A stretch of DNA of 35,178 bases from Bacteroidota bacterium (GTDB lineage: Bacteria; Bacteroidota; Rhodothermia; Rhodothermales; Bin80). The notes under the pieces are model-generated. The model ran no database searches and was not told the origin of the DNA. It was given only the letters and a program-made list of their open reading frames with translations. Of this stretch, positions 1-9,902 are shown in pieces. Each line of letters opens with the position of its first letter. Positions within the stretch are counted from its first letter, which is position 1. The position numbers and the translations under genes are program-made. The DNA is taken from the NCBI GenBank assembly GCA_026702635.1, contig JAPPBZ010000181.1, forward strand, positions 1-35,178, given 5' to 3'.

Positions 1-142
1 TGCAAATCTCTCTGAGGATCATCAATTCGCGAAATCCTTAGACCCGTACGTCGCTGCAAGTTGTATCAGAGCCCAAGAATTGGAATCGGTGCCTTCTATT
101 TATCTGCCCTAGTGTTAGAGGAACGGTTCGGCAGCGTATGGT

Positions 143-3100
143 TCATTGCTGCACGATCCTGACCATCTGGGCACCGGGCTGAACTACGACAGTGGTATCT
201 GCTCCACCCGGCCAACTGACATGTACTCTTTCGATCTCACTGCGTGGGGCTAACAGGGTGGCAAGACTGTTCTGGCTCCAATATCCGCTTCCTGCAACGA
301 CAGCTGCCGCAGGACCAAAAGAGCCATTTTGGTATTGTGCCCGTACGTTGGCCCCAATGGCAAATGTATTGGCACGTTCTGTCCGCAATTCAACACGAAG
401 ACCAACCTCGGCAGATTGATTCTCAAGATGTACGACAGGCCCTGCATTCTGGGTCACTGCCAAATCCAGGCGTCCGTCCAGATTGAAGTCAGCAGCTACG
501 GATGCACGCTGAGAGCCATAAATCCGAATCCCTGAATGCTGTGCAGACTGTGGGACTAACTCGTGAGATTCATTTGAAAGCAGCAGCAACCCTCGACCAC
601 TATCGAGTCGGGGGTAGCCCGAAGCAACTGCGAAGAAATTCTGACTTAGAAATAAATCTGTCCTCCCATCACCATTGAAATCTCCCGGTACCGGGGCAAA
701 AGCGGGCGACCATTGAGCTTCAGCCTCAAGCGGAACTGCCTCATAGTGCGACTCCCTGTTCATGAACACGGTAGTATACCAGTGAGTGACTTCGTGATCA
801 GCAGCTCCAGATAATACAGGACCGAAGATATCTTCTGCCGAACGCTCAGAGAATTCTCTATACGTTCGAACGTGCTGGCGCAAAACTGGCAAGGCATGTG
901 TTAGCGTCTGAAAATCCCGGACCATACCAAATGCATCCAGATCTGGGGTCCACTGAACTTCGAGAAGATCCATGCTGCTGTTCTGATCCAAGTCACCATA
1001 ATATGCACGAAGGGGAGTGTTCTGGTCATAGGGAACGTTTTGCCCCCAGTTGGTCGCAACCAGATCAAGCCGTCCATCGCCGTCAAAATCAGCCAGTGCA
1101 ACCCCATTCCACCACCCCACATAATCCGTGAGCCCCAGGGAGCGTGTCATGCGAACCAGCTGACCGCTTCCTCGGTTGTGGAATACTTGTACGGGCCCCC
1201 ACATCGTTGCAAGTGCGAGATCCGTCTGCTGATCACCATTGAGGTCCGCTGCGACGGCCCCGGATACGAGTCCCAGATTTTCGAACGGCGCACTGAGCTC
1301 ATCGTCCCGCAGGAGCTCTCCATCGCGGATCCGATAGATAGTACTAGTTGCAACCGAGGGGTATTTACCGGGGATAAAATGCCCCCCGACAAAGAGCTCC
1401 AAAGAACCATCTCCGGTGAAATCCCCCAAGGCAAGCGGCCCAGGAGTCTCTGCCCCGAGGGTATAGGTGGTTTCCGTTCCGCTCAGTGACACCTGAAGAA
1501 TCCGGGAAGGATCTCCTGCTTCTTCCGGAGTCCGCTCATAATTACCTACTGATGCCCATACGACTCCTGGTAAAGCAACCATTCCCGCGTGATCTCCAGT
1601 GGAGACGTGTCCCAGGTATTGGCTGGTTGCGAAGATCCCGGCATCGTTGATAAGGAGTTGTAGTCGCTTCCCCTTTCCGCCTCCCATAATTAGATCCTCA
1701 TCCCCATCAGAATCTATGTCTGCCGCAATCAGTGCCGGCCCTCTCTGGCTGAGTTTATGCGGAAGCAGTGGCTGCCGTGCAAAGTCCGTATAACTGGTCT
1801 CTTCATGCTGTAATCCGATGCCGGAGGCCTTGAATAATACCTCTGTAATCGGATGCTCAGTAGATTCCCTGGGTTGAGGGGACGGCTGCATGATCCAATA
1901 CTCACTGTTTGGTATCACTTCATCAATCCTGCTGAGTCCACCACCGGGCCAATACACCTCAATGATCGCACCACTTGAATAGGCGAACGTGCGTGCTGCA
2001 TCACTGGATGAAAGGTACTCCCCGCCTGCAATAATCTCCTGATTCTGTGGTGGTAAGCTGTCACTGATAACACGTACAAGCGCGCCAATACCTGTGGGGT
2101 TCGGGGGAAGTCCCTGGAGACGGACAAGTATCCGTTCGGCTTCCGCATTGTTGCGAAATACCCCAACGGGGCCATCCAGTCGATTAATCACCAGATCCTG
2201 GTCTCCATCTTCGTCAAGATCTGCTAGTGCCATGCCGTGAGCAACATCCGGATTCACCCCTAACCCCCAGCCCTTTTCAACCCACTCGAATTGCGCATTC
2301 CCAAGGTTGCGAAATGCGATATTCGGCAAATCCAGATCCGGAAAATCCAATAAGACCTCTCGCCAAGGACGTCGGGAGGAGCGGGCAGCAATCTGAGCGT
2401 CCGCATCCATCGCATCGTACGCATGCCCGGTAGTAAGAAGTAAATCAGGCCATCCATCCAGATCCACATCGGTGAACGCACTACTCCATGTCCAGCCAGT
2501 TGCGGCAACACCGCTCCAGCGGGCGATTTCGGCGAAGGTTGTATCCGATCGATTGAGCAGCAGCATATTCTGCATCTCCTGTGGGCGAGCGTGGATATCC
2601 CCCATGGTCAATATTTCGGGTGGGATCACAAAATGCTGTCTTTGCCGCTCGGTATAACTGCCACTCAACATATCTGCCAGAAAGAGATCTGCATGCTCAT
2701 CCGCATTGATGTCCGCCGCCGCCACCGACATTGTAGACTGGCTCGTTTTTCGAAGTGCCAGTGTGGACGCGGCCCTGAAGGTACCATCTGCACTCCCGAA
2801 CCAGAAGGCATCCGGGCTTTCAAAGTCATTGCATACGTAGAGATCCGGGTACCCGTCCTTATTGAAATCCTGAAAGCGTACGGACAGCGTCCAATATTGA
2901 GGAACTTCAGTTAACGGATCTCCGTGCTCGTCCAGGAACGACCCATCGGTGAACGAGCCCTCCGTAAAACTGCCACCCCCATCATTATAAAAGATTCGAT
3001 CCGGCTCAGCAAGTTCGACCCGCATCAGTCGACCTTCCTGGTGGATGAGTTTATAGTCCTTTGCCCAGTACTCGCGCACGGCGAACGAGTCGGCAACCGG

Positions 3101-3781
3101 TTCTACAACGCGTTCAAACGTGATCTCCTCAGGAGGCCAGACATCTTTGACTGTCGCCTCTTTATAGAACCCGACATACAGGTCTAAATCTCCGTCCGCG
3201 TCTATATCAGCCAGTGCAACGGAGGTCGCGCCTCCAGATTGAGGAAGGTTTGCCTGGACGGTATAATCTGTGAAGTGACCTGTGCCTTCATTCAAAAACA
3301 ACTGCACCCCACTTCCTAGTGACGTCACAAGAAGATCTAGGTCCCCATCTGCATCAACATCTACGAACGCTCCGCCGGTTGCTCTTGGGTGGACAAGACC
3401 TAGACCCGCCTCAAGTGTGATATCCTGAAATTCCCAACGTCCCAAGTTGCGTTGGAGTGTACTGTGGTGCTCCATTCCCGCCAAAAAAACATCAGGCAGG
3501 CTATCTCCATCCACATCTCCAATGGTAACCCCCGATCCATTTACAACATGCCGGTTGTCTACAAAAGCCGACATGCTGATATGATTACTGAACGCAATCG
3601 CGCCAGGGATTTCGGTGAACCCGGTCCCGGCCCCGATGGGGGAAAGCAGTGGACGCACCCAGTACCCTTCAAACGAAGTCCATGTGCGTTCGGGCTCGGA
3701 GCTGCATCCCACAAGAAGGAGTACGCCGAGAAGGAACGCACGCCAGACCATGCATGTGCAGCACCTGGGCATCCAGAGCAA
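143..3781 (-). CDS. FG-GAP/VCBS-repeat lipoprotein with two ASPIC/UnbV-like modules (CRTAC1-like family)
   Basis: The 1212-aa ORF has many repeats of the D-x-D/N-x-DG-x-x-D(L/I) type (e.g. DVDGDSLPDVF, DVDADGDLDLL, DIDADGDLDLY, DLDEDGDQDLV, DFDGDGRLDLV). It has two UnbV/ASPIC-like segments ending in WPGG (IGALVRV...EVYWPGGG and GANVRAQY...VHVSWPGGA). A lipobox is present (LLLVGC|SSE). The more likely start is the ATG at 3751 (MVWRAFLLGVLLLVGC), not the longest-ORF start at 3781. Confidence 0.85.
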   Translation of the reverse strand: MLWMPRCCTCMVWRAFLLGVLLLVGCSSEPERTWTSFEGYWVRPLLSPIGAGTGFTEIPGAIAFSNHISMSAFVDNRHVVNGSGVTIGDVDGDSLPDVFLAGMEHHSTLQRNLGRWEFQDITLEAGLGLVHPRATGGAFVDVDADGDLDLLVTSLGSGVQLFLNEGTGHFTDYTVQANLPQSGGATSVALADIDADGDLDLYVGFYKEATVKDVWPPEEITFERVVEPVADSFAVREYWAKDYKLIHQEGRLMRVELAEPDRIFYNDGGGSFTEGSFTDGSFLDEHGDPLTEVPQYWTLSVRFQDFNKDGYPDLYVCNDFESPDAFWFGSADGTFRAASTLALRKTSQSTMSVAAADINADEHADLFLADMLSGSYTERQRQHFVIPPEILTMGDIHARPQEMQNMLLLNRSDTTFAEIARWSGVAATGWTWSSAFTDVDLDGWPDLLLTTGHAYDAMDADAQIAARSSRRPWREVLLDFPDLDLPNIAFRNLGNAQFEWVEKGWGLGVNPDVAHGMALADLDEDGDQDLVINRLDGPVGVFRNNAEAERILVRLQGLPPNPTGIGALVRVISDSLPPQNQEIIAGGEYLSSSDAARTFAYSSGAIIEVYWPGGGLSRIDEVIPNSEYWIMQPSPQPRESTEHPITEVLFKASGIGLQHEETSYTDFARQPLLPHKLSQRGPALIAADIDSDGDEDLIMGGGKGKRLQLLINDAGIFATSQYLGHVSTGDHAGMVALPGVVWASVGNYERTPEEAGDPSRILQVSLSGTETTYTLGAETPGPLALGDFTGDGSLELFVGGHFIPGKYPSVATSTIYRIRDGELLRDDELSAPFENLGLVSGAVAADLNGDQQTDLALATMWGPVQVFHNRGSGQLVRMTRSLGLTDYVGWWNGVALADFDGDGRLDLVATNWGQNVPYDQNTPLRAYYGDLDQNSSMDLLEVQWTPDLDAFGMVRDFQTLTHALPVLRQHVRTYREFSERSAEDIFGPVLSGAADHEVTHWYTTVFMNRESHYEAVPLEAEAQWSPAFAPVPGDFNGDGRTDLFLSQNFFAVASGYPRLDSGRGLLLLSNESHELVPQSAQHSGIRIYGSQRASVAADFNLDGRLDLAVTQNAGPVVHLENQSAEVGLRVELRTERANTFAIGANVRAQYQNGSFGPAAAVVAGSGYWSQNSLATLLAPRSEIERVHVSWPGGADTTVVVQPGAQMVRIVQQ

Positions 3782-3784
3782 GTA

Positions 3785-4273
3785 CTACATTACCCCTGCC
3801 TTGAACTCGTTCTCAAGGTACTTGGCGATCTCATCCAGATATGCCTCTCGCTCGGCCGTAATCGCTGCTGGCTCCCAGTTCCCATTCATTGAGAGTCGGG
3901 CCTCAAACTCGGCTTCCATGCGTGCAGAAAACGTGCTCGCATTCCCTGCTGCGCGGTTACGCGGACGTGCATTGATAAAGATGCGTACTCTAGTTTCCAC
4001 ATACCCAGCAGCTTGTTCATCGGCCAAGGAGGTCAGGTCGCTCCAAGACGTTTCCAGTCGTACATCCTCGGCAGTGTTAACTTCTCGATTGAAACGGTAT
4101 CCGTACCTAGTAAGGAGGGCATCCTGGGCAGTTGAGACAATATGCCACCGCGCGGAAGTTCCGAGGTTATAGCGGAACGTACTGTTCCCAGCCCGCTCAC
4201 TATCGGCACCTGGCCCAGAACAGGCGCTGACAAGTAATCCAAAACACAAAATCCAAAACAATGAACGTTTCAT
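3785..4273 (-). CDS. hypothetical lipoprotein (function unknown)
   Basis: The ORF is 3785-4351. The internal ATG at 4273 gives MKRSLFWILCFGLLVSAC|SG, a classic lipoprotein signal, and the 26 codons upstream look non-native. It is packed between the SusD-like and FG-GAP genes on the same strand. I recognise no family. Confidence 0.55.
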   Translation of the reverse strand: MKRSLFWILCFGLLVSACSGPGADSERAGNSTFRYNLGTSARWHIVSTAQDALLTRYGYRFNREVNTAEDVRLETSWSDLTSLADEQAAGYVETRVRIFINARPRNRAAGNASTFSARMEAEFEARLSMNGNWEPAAITAEREAYLDEIAKYLENEFKAGVM

Positions 4274-4371
4274 CGGGGTTTTATCGTATAGTGGTGATTG
4301 GTCAAAAGTACGAAGGGGGGCAGTTCCCATATGAGCACTGCCCCCCTTCATCTCATCGAACTGAGAGTGGG

Positions 4372-6009
4372 TTAACGCGGTCGACTATTGTCGGTTTCAA
4401 ATCGACCAGCGATCGGCGCACCTCCTACTCCTCCAACACCACCAAACGTATAATTCTGCAGACCCAGTGTTTCCAGCTCCCTGCCGGGCACAGGGAAGTG
4501 GACTGGTGTTCCTGTAACGAGATCACCTATCCCGCGATCGTCGAAATAGGCTAGCCCTCCTGCAGTCTGGAAGGTCTCGATCCGGCGCTCATGCTTGAGC
4601 TTGGCCCACAGGCTTGCAGAGTCTAGGTGACTCTGCGCATCTGTCGAGGAACCCGCAGCATCCGATCCCATTGCTGGATTCAGTTGTCCTCGCGACACAC
4701 GTGTGATGTTGATCAATTCAGCAACTTCATCCGTACTGCCACCACCGCGCAACATACCTTCCGCCTTGTACATGTGCATTTCCGTGAGGATCATGTGCGG
4801 CATCGGGCCATTTGCGTCCGCTAAGAGGTAAGACTGATACCGCTTATGGTTGTGGCTTGAAAAGTGATAGTAACCGCGAGCGGCTGGAAATGGGCCATTG
4901 TTCCCCTGATACTGAAAGTCTGTCCCATCCACCGTTGGATCATCGGCACTACCAACGATCCTGCGGTCTGCAGTCACGATATTAAACACCCGAACAGACC
5001 CATAGTCTCCTGAATTCATCTTTGCCAGCCAGTCATCATAGCCTCCCGACTCATCAGCCGGACCAATTGTGCGGTAATCAGCCCTGCTCCAAGTGGTTCC
5101 ATTTTGGCCATAGAACTTGAGGCAGTCAAACTGTTGGGACCCATCATCAGCCCCGACAGGCACAAAATCTTCGGTAATTCCGGCGTCTATGAGTCCTAAC
5201 ACATTACCCCAGTTCACCGCTGCACGTTCGGCTTCATCCCTTGCAACCTGAACCGTGAAACGTGCAATGAACGAGTTGATCAGTTTGACCATGTCCTGGG
5301 AACTCAATTCCAGTCCCCAGATCCAGGGTATCGAAAACGAGTTTGCACTTGCGATTGAACGCGCCTCCTCCAGCATCCGGATTGCCTCCTGGTTCACCTC
5401 CGCGTAGGGGCGCAGTTCGAGTACATCATTCTCCAGATCCACGGTCTCGTCAAATACGAACGCCTGATCAAAGATCAGTGAGAGCATCCCATGCATCAGC
5501 CCCTGATTCATTTTCGCAAATGCTCTCAGTTGTGCTGTATCATGGCCGTCACGGGTAAACGCGTTATTGTCCGCACTCTCTTCTTCTTCCGCCCGAGTAA
5601 TTGCCTGCAGCGCATCGTTTGCATTCGAGATGCCCCGGTAATGACGAAACCACGGTCCTTCAGTGGAGCCTCTGCGGCTGTAGGTTGCACTGTTATCCCA
5701 GCCAATACGAGGTTCGCTGGACATATCCCGCATCCCCCAGTTTGCCCAGGATGACGAGTTCTCATCCGCCAGCGTTGAATAGAAGAACGCACCGCCCCCG
5801 CCACACCACTGAACAGCCGACCAATAATCTGTCCACGTACCTGATATCAGGTTTACAACGTCGCCAGGTTGTGCGAAGGCAACCGCCCTGTCCGGCGAGT
5901 TTTTGTTTTCCACGGCCAGATCCTGGCAACCCACTGCACTGAGCGCCAAGACACCGACCAGTGTATAAAATGTAAATTGCTTCATTTGCTTGATGTGTTT
6001 AAAGTTCAT
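4372..6009 (-). CDS. SusD/RagB-family outer-membrane nutrient-binding lipoprotein
   Basis: It lies immediately downstream of the SusC-like gene (SusC stop at 6024) and is ~545 aa. A lipobox is present (LALSAVGC|QD). The C-terminal tail (HFPVPGRELETLGLQNYTFGG) resembles the SusD-family ...PIP..E...N..QN.GY ending. The start is ambiguous: GTG 6018, ATG 6009 or ATG 5985. Confidence 0.8.
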   Translation of the reverse strand: MNFKHIKQMKQFTFYTLVGVLALSAVGCQDLAVENKNSPDRAVAFAQPGDVVNLISGTWTDYWSAVQWCGGGGAFFYSTLADENSSSWANWGMRDMSSEPRIGWDNSATYSRRGSTEGPWFRHYRGISNANDALQAITRAEEEESADNNAFTRDGHDTAQLRAFAKMNQGLMHGMLSLIFDQAFVFDETVDLENDVLELRPYAEVNQEAIRMLEEARSIASANSFSIPWIWGLELSSQDMVKLINSFIARFTVQVARDEAERAAVNWGNVLGLIDAGITEDFVPVGADDGSQQFDCLKFYGQNGTTWSRADYRTIGPADESGGYDDWLAKMNSGDYGSVRVFNIVTADRRIVGSADDPTVDGTDFQYQGNNGPFPAARGYYHFSSHNHKRYQSYLLADANGPMPHMILTEMHMYKAEGMLRGGGSTDEVAELINITRVSRGQLNPAMGSDAAGSSTDAQSHLDSASLWAKLKHERRIETFQTAGGLAYFDDRGIGDLVTGTPVHFPVPGRELETLGLQNYTFGGVGGVGGAPIAGRFETDNSRPR

Positions 6010-6023
6010 GTGGGTCACCTCAC

Positions 6024-9000
6024 CTAGAATTGGAATTCCAACTTCGCCCGAATCGTACGGAGCGGCGGGTAATTGAAACTGTCTACGCGATAGAGTGTCG
6101 GATCGGACCCTGCTCCTACTTCAGGATCAAATCCAGAGTATCCAGTAAAGGTGAGCAGATTGCGTCCGATAATGCTTGCGGATAGGGAATGTAGCACATT
6201 GCCGAAGACCCGAGAAAGCTGCTGGCGATTGAGTGTGTACCCTATTGAAAGCTCGCGCAGCTTGAGATACGTAGCATCTTCTACAAAGTGACTGTTTTTC
6301 GCCGTCGCATCGTAGAGGACTTCGTAGTAAGTCGTTGACTTCTTCATGCTTTCTTCTTTTCCTCCCTGATCCTGATCCGCATTACGACCATCACGGTATC
6401 CCCATTGCTTGGTGAAGTTATAGACATCACCTCCAATCTGGGCCCCCCACAGCATGTAGAGTGAGAATCCTTTGTAGCGGAAGGTCGTGTTGAGTCCAAG
6501 GCTGAAGTCAGGAAGCCCATTTCCAATCTGGACCTGATCTGTCTCGTTCGCCTCGTCATAGTACTTGATGGGGATTCCCCAGCGGTAATTCGTCCCATTT
6601 ACGTTCACGAGCGTCCCCCAAAGATCGTCCGCCCCACCTAGGACACCATCCGAGCCTGGGCCACTGGCGTAGGTGTTACCCTGACCAACCGCAACCACAT
6701 ATCCATCATCATTGACATCAAAGAAGCTTGCGTCAGCATCGGATGGAAGCCTGGACAGATCCGTGATGAATTCGTTTCCATACATGCTTCCGAGGATTTC
6801 GCCTTCTCGGAAGAAGTATAGACTCTGAGGACCACCTACATAGGGATTGGAATTGAATTCCGTGATTTCCTGGCGAGTACGGTCAAAGATGACTCCAACC
6901 TCAAAATCCATATCCCTTGAACTATAGACGCTCGCATTCACACTGGCCTCAATGGTATTGGAAGCCAGATCACCGGCATTCCGCCACTGGCTGCTAAACC
7001 CATAATATCCGGCAAGCGGAACGGCGAGAAGCAGATCTTCAACCTGTGTATCGGCATACACCAACTCAAGGAAGATCCGGTCAAGGACGCCTACATCAAG
7101 TCCAAACTCCATTTCTGTCTGCAATTCCGGCTTTAGGAACGCATTCCCCAAGGTTGATTTCGAAAGCTGACCATTGCCCAAGGATAGTACCTCATACTGC
7201 GCCTGGAAACCAGGGCGACCACCGGCGGTCCCGATGGATGCGCGCAGTTTCAGTTCGGTGATTGGGTTGTTTGCTGGCCAGAATGACTCTTCAGAAACCC
7301 GCCACGCGGCACTTCCACGATAATAGGGCTGCCAGCGCTCTTCGGCTCCAAACAGCGAGCTGCCGTCATAGCGGAAGAATACATCCACGATATACTTATC
7401 CATGTAGTCCAGTCCTGCGGTAGCGTAATACCCTTCCGACCGAACTGTTGTGAAGCCGTTTCCGAAGTCTCTACTACCAGCATCGCATCCCGGCTCTGTG
7501 CAGAATTGCTTCACATTGGAGAGGTCACTATTCCCCAATGTTACAAGGTTGGTTCCGATAATAAATTCCGAGAAAGCGTCAAAATGTTCTATCTGAGCTT
7601 TTAGTTGACCACGTGTTGCAAAATCTCCGAACTGTTTCCGAAGAGACACGGTTAAGTCGTAGTTGATTGCTTCAGACACTTCGTTGCGCCGCTCAATACG
7701 ACCATCATTGACAGATGACGGATCTATTGACTGAAATCCAATGTCATAGAACTCCGTTGCGTCTCGGTCCGAGCGGTCATAACTGAAATTGCTCTCAAGA
7801 TTCAGCCAATCCAGCGGATTCCAACGTGCACGGAAGTTACCAAGAAGACGCGACCGTGATCGTGAAATGTCTGTATTCTCGAGTAAGTAGAGTGGGTTTT
7901 CCTCGACCGCCAGTGGATCTGCCTGAATTTTTAGCTCGCCCGCTTCATCCCTTTCAGTTAGATTTACCAATGGATTGGTAAACATCAGGCCGAAGAACGG
8001 ATTGAAAAACGCACCTGATCCCAATACACCAGTGACGCCATCGTTTTCTGTCTGGGAATAAAATCCAGAGGTTGAAACGGTCAGGTTTGGTCGAATACGG
8101 TGGTCAAGATTCACACGAAAGCTCCTCCGCTTCATACCTTCGAGGCTCAGAACCGATCCCTGCTCAGCAACATTGGTAAAAGATGCCAAGAAGTTTGTTT
8201 TTGAACTGTTTTGGCTTACACCGACATAATTTGTCCAGGTATTGCCAGGGTCAAAGAAGTCATCAAAACCGTTGTGCAACGTACCCTGAAACGGATTGTC
8301 AAAGAAAGCAGCCCCATGAGGATTGACCTCTTGTATGACCCCCGGACCGTATCCATTTTCTAAACAGTTACCACAAGTATTGATGGCACCCGAGTCATCC
8401 ACGAAGTTCCCCGATGCATCAACCTGCAGATCATGCGAAGTATTGGCTTGCAGGCTTTTGGTAACATCACTAATACCAAACTCATTGCGGACAGTCACCC
8501 GCGTTTGATTGAGGGGTGTCGCTGAACCACGTTGCGTTGTGATATTGATCACACCATTCTGGGCCCGTGAACCATAGAGCGATGAGGCAGCCGCCCCCTT
8601 AACAATCTCAATGTCCGCAATATCCAGCGCGTCAAAGTCAACTTGGTTCGAGCCGAGAACAACCCCATCTACAATGTAAAGTGGCTGGTTACTACCGGTG
8701 ATGCTGGTCGCACCCCGTAGGCGCACGGAAGAGGGAGCACCAGGAGCCCCACTACTTGCCTGAACGGCAACTCCGGCAACCTTTCCCTGAATAGACGCAA
8801 TCGGGTTGGATGCAGGCGCCAGCGTAATGTCTTCACCGTCCACCTGGCTTACCGTGAACGCCAACTTCTTCCTCGGCGTTGCTTCCGCGACCCCCGTAAC
8901 GACTATGTCGTCCAGCTGAAGGAAGTCTACCTCTAAGACGAAGTCTTCCGTCATGATGCCTTCGCTGACTGTAATGGATCGCACCTGCTCTACAAACCCA

Positions 9001-9236
9001 ACGTAACGAGCGGTCAATTCCAGCGTTTCTCCAACATGATCAGAAGGAACTTGAAACGTGTACGTCCCATCTAGGTCGGTGGATGCACCGATCACTAGCG
9101 ACTCGATGAGCACATTTGCTCCGATGAGCGGCTCACCTGTGTCATCTGTAACCGTTCCGGAAATTACGCTCTGAGCATTTGCCAACCCTGGGAGCAGCAA
9201 CATGCAAAGAACAAGGAAATAGTATCTTTTCTTCAT
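6024..9236 (-). CDS. SusC/RagA-family TonB-dependent outer-membrane transporter
   Basis: It has a signal peptide (MKKRYYFLVLCMLLLPGLANA|Q). A carboxypeptidase-regulatory-like N-domain is present (ISGTVTDDTGEPLIGANVLIE). There is a TonB-box-like DDIVVTGV. Plug motifs are present (QPLYIVDGV, IEIVKGAAASSLYGSRAQNGVINITTQRG). The 1070-aa barrel ends in an aromatic residue (...KLEFQF). Confidence 0.95.
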   Translation of the reverse strand: MKKRYYFLVLCMLLLPGLANAQSVISGTVTDDTGEPLIGANVLIESLVIGASTDLDGTYTFQVPSDHVGETLELTARYVGFVEQVRSITVSEGIMTEDFVLEVDFLQLDDIVVTGVAEATPRKKLAFTVSQVDGEDITLAPASNPIASIQGKVAGVAVQASSGAPGAPSSVRLRGATSITGSNQPLYIVDGVVLGSNQVDFDALDIADIEIVKGAAASSLYGSRAQNGVINITTQRGSATPLNQTRVTVRNEFGISDVTKSLQANTSHDLQVDASGNFVDDSGAINTCGNCLENGYGPGVIQEVNPHGAAFFDNPFQGTLHNGFDDFFDPGNTWTNYVGVSQNSSKTNFLASFTNVAEQGSVLSLEGMKRRSFRVNLDHRIRPNLTVSTSGFYSQTENDGVTGVLGSGAFFNPFFGLMFTNPLVNLTERDEAGELKIQADPLAVEENPLYLLENTDISRSRSRLLGNFRARWNPLDWLNLESNFSYDRSDRDATEFYDIGFQSIDPSSVNDGRIERRNEVSEAINYDLTVSLRKQFGDFATRGQLKAQIEHFDAFSEFIIGTNLVTLGNSDLSNVKQFCTEPGCDAGSRDFGNGFTTVRSEGYYATAGLDYMDKYIVDVFFRYDGSSLFGAEERWQPYYRGSAAWRVSEESFWPANNPITELKLRASIGTAGGRPGFQAQYEVLSLGNGQLSKSTLGNAFLKPELQTEMEFGLDVGVLDRIFLELVYADTQVEDLLLAVPLAGYYGFSSQWRNAGDLASNTIEASVNASVYSSRDMDFEVGVIFDRTRQEITEFNSNPYVGGPQSLYFFREGEILGSMYGNEFITDLSRLPSDADASFFDVNDDGYVVAVGQGNTYASGPGSDGVLGGADDLWGTLVNVNGTNYRWGIPIKYYDEANETDQVQIGNGLPDFSLGLNTTFRYKGFSLYMLWGAQIGGDVYNFTKQWGYRDGRNADQDQGGKEESMKKSTTYYEVLYDATAKNSHFVEDATYLKLRELSIGYTLNRQQLSRVFGNVLHSLSASIIGRNLLTFTGYSGFDPEVGAGSDPTLYRVDSFNYPPLRTIRAKLEFQF

Positions 9237-9310
9237 GAGATCTTCGATATTTGTGAGTGGAAACTTCCATGGTAAGGACTACACAGGGCTCCTCCGGAAG
9301 TATATAAGCC

Positions 9311-9318
9311 CAAAGATA
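9311..9318 (-). promoter_or_regulatory. candidate Bacteroidota-type -7 promoter element (TAnnTTTG) for the susC-like operon
   Basis: The minus strand reads TATCTTTG about 75 nt upstream of the susC-like ATG. This matches the Bacteroides sigma-AB -7 consensus TAnnTTTG. No convincing -33 element was found. Confidence 0.3.
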
Positions 9319-9331
9319 AGAAAACTTTTAG

Positions 9332-9562
9332 ACAATTGCACGCAAACACTTAAGCAGTGCCGATTGATCCCTCTGCAACAAACAGCCCTCCCAGCCCTGC
9401 CCTGTACTTAGAAAGAAAGCCCGGACAATGGACTTCCCTCGCGTACCTAAGTGAGCGGCTGTATACCCCAAATCAGGTGATTGGTTTGGGCATAATGCGG
9501 GTTCCGCTCTATGCCCTGCGGGATTTGGTTTTGATTTCCTTGCATTTGATCTTGAAATAATC
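9332..9562 (-). repeat. conserved upstream element, copy A (upstream of susC-like gene)
   Basis: This ~231-bp segment aligns end to end with 15733-15958 at roughly three-quarters identity by hand alignment. Shared blocks include acaattgcacgc, aaagaaagcccgga, aatcaggtga.tggtttgggcataatgcg and cttgaaataa. It has the same orientation and a similar distance (~100 nt) to the downstream minus-strand start codon. Indels break every reading frame. Confidence 0.8.
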
Positions 9563-9796
9563 TGGCGAATATCCTTGGAAAAATTTCGCTGAAGCCCGGG
9601 AGGGATTCCGCATTTACGCTCTGTCGGACCGGTTATCACAGGAGACGTAAACCTGTTTTCCAAAATCTTTCGTCATTTTTTCAACCATACGAAATACGAT
9701 GAGTCGGCCCCCAGCCTTGCGCGTTGTGTCCGACCCCCAAAGATCTGAGAGCAGATCATTGAAGATCTCTTCCTTGACTACGGACATGCATTCCAT
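9509..9796 (-). pseudogene. possible decayed regulator remnant (weak AraC-type HTH C-terminus resemblance)
   Basis: A 60-aa ORF (9614-9796) ends at a TAA. An in-frame ATG ORF follows immediately: MRNPSRASAKFFQGYSPDYFKIK.... This loosely resembles the AraC-family tail GF.NPS.FS..FK...G.SP..Y(R/K). There is no intact domain and the resemblance is weak. Confidence 0.2.
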
Positions 9797-9902
9797 TTGA
9801 AGATTTTATAATTGGGTAGCATAGTCCCGGGTTTGATTTTCAGAACCATTCCTACCCCCTCCTGCCTCCCACCCGTGGATTACAGTAATTATTCACCCAG
9901 AT

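Noticed and set aside
9328-9663. ORFs inside the conserved elements (9328-9663 minus, 9357-9560 plus, 15737-15940 plus, 15963-16283 minus) as real small genes
   Set aside because: Alignment of the two element copies shows indels that shift the frame of each ORF. The translations agree only over short patches (e.g. ALY(L/I).RKPG.W) and then diverge completely.
9300-9800. Invertible (phase-variable) promoter upstream of susC-like gene and of giant paralog 1
   Set aside because: I looked for inverted repeats flanking the conserved element and the TAnnTTTG motifs, for example an inverted copy of acaattgcacgc, and found none. No site-specific recombinase gene is nearby.
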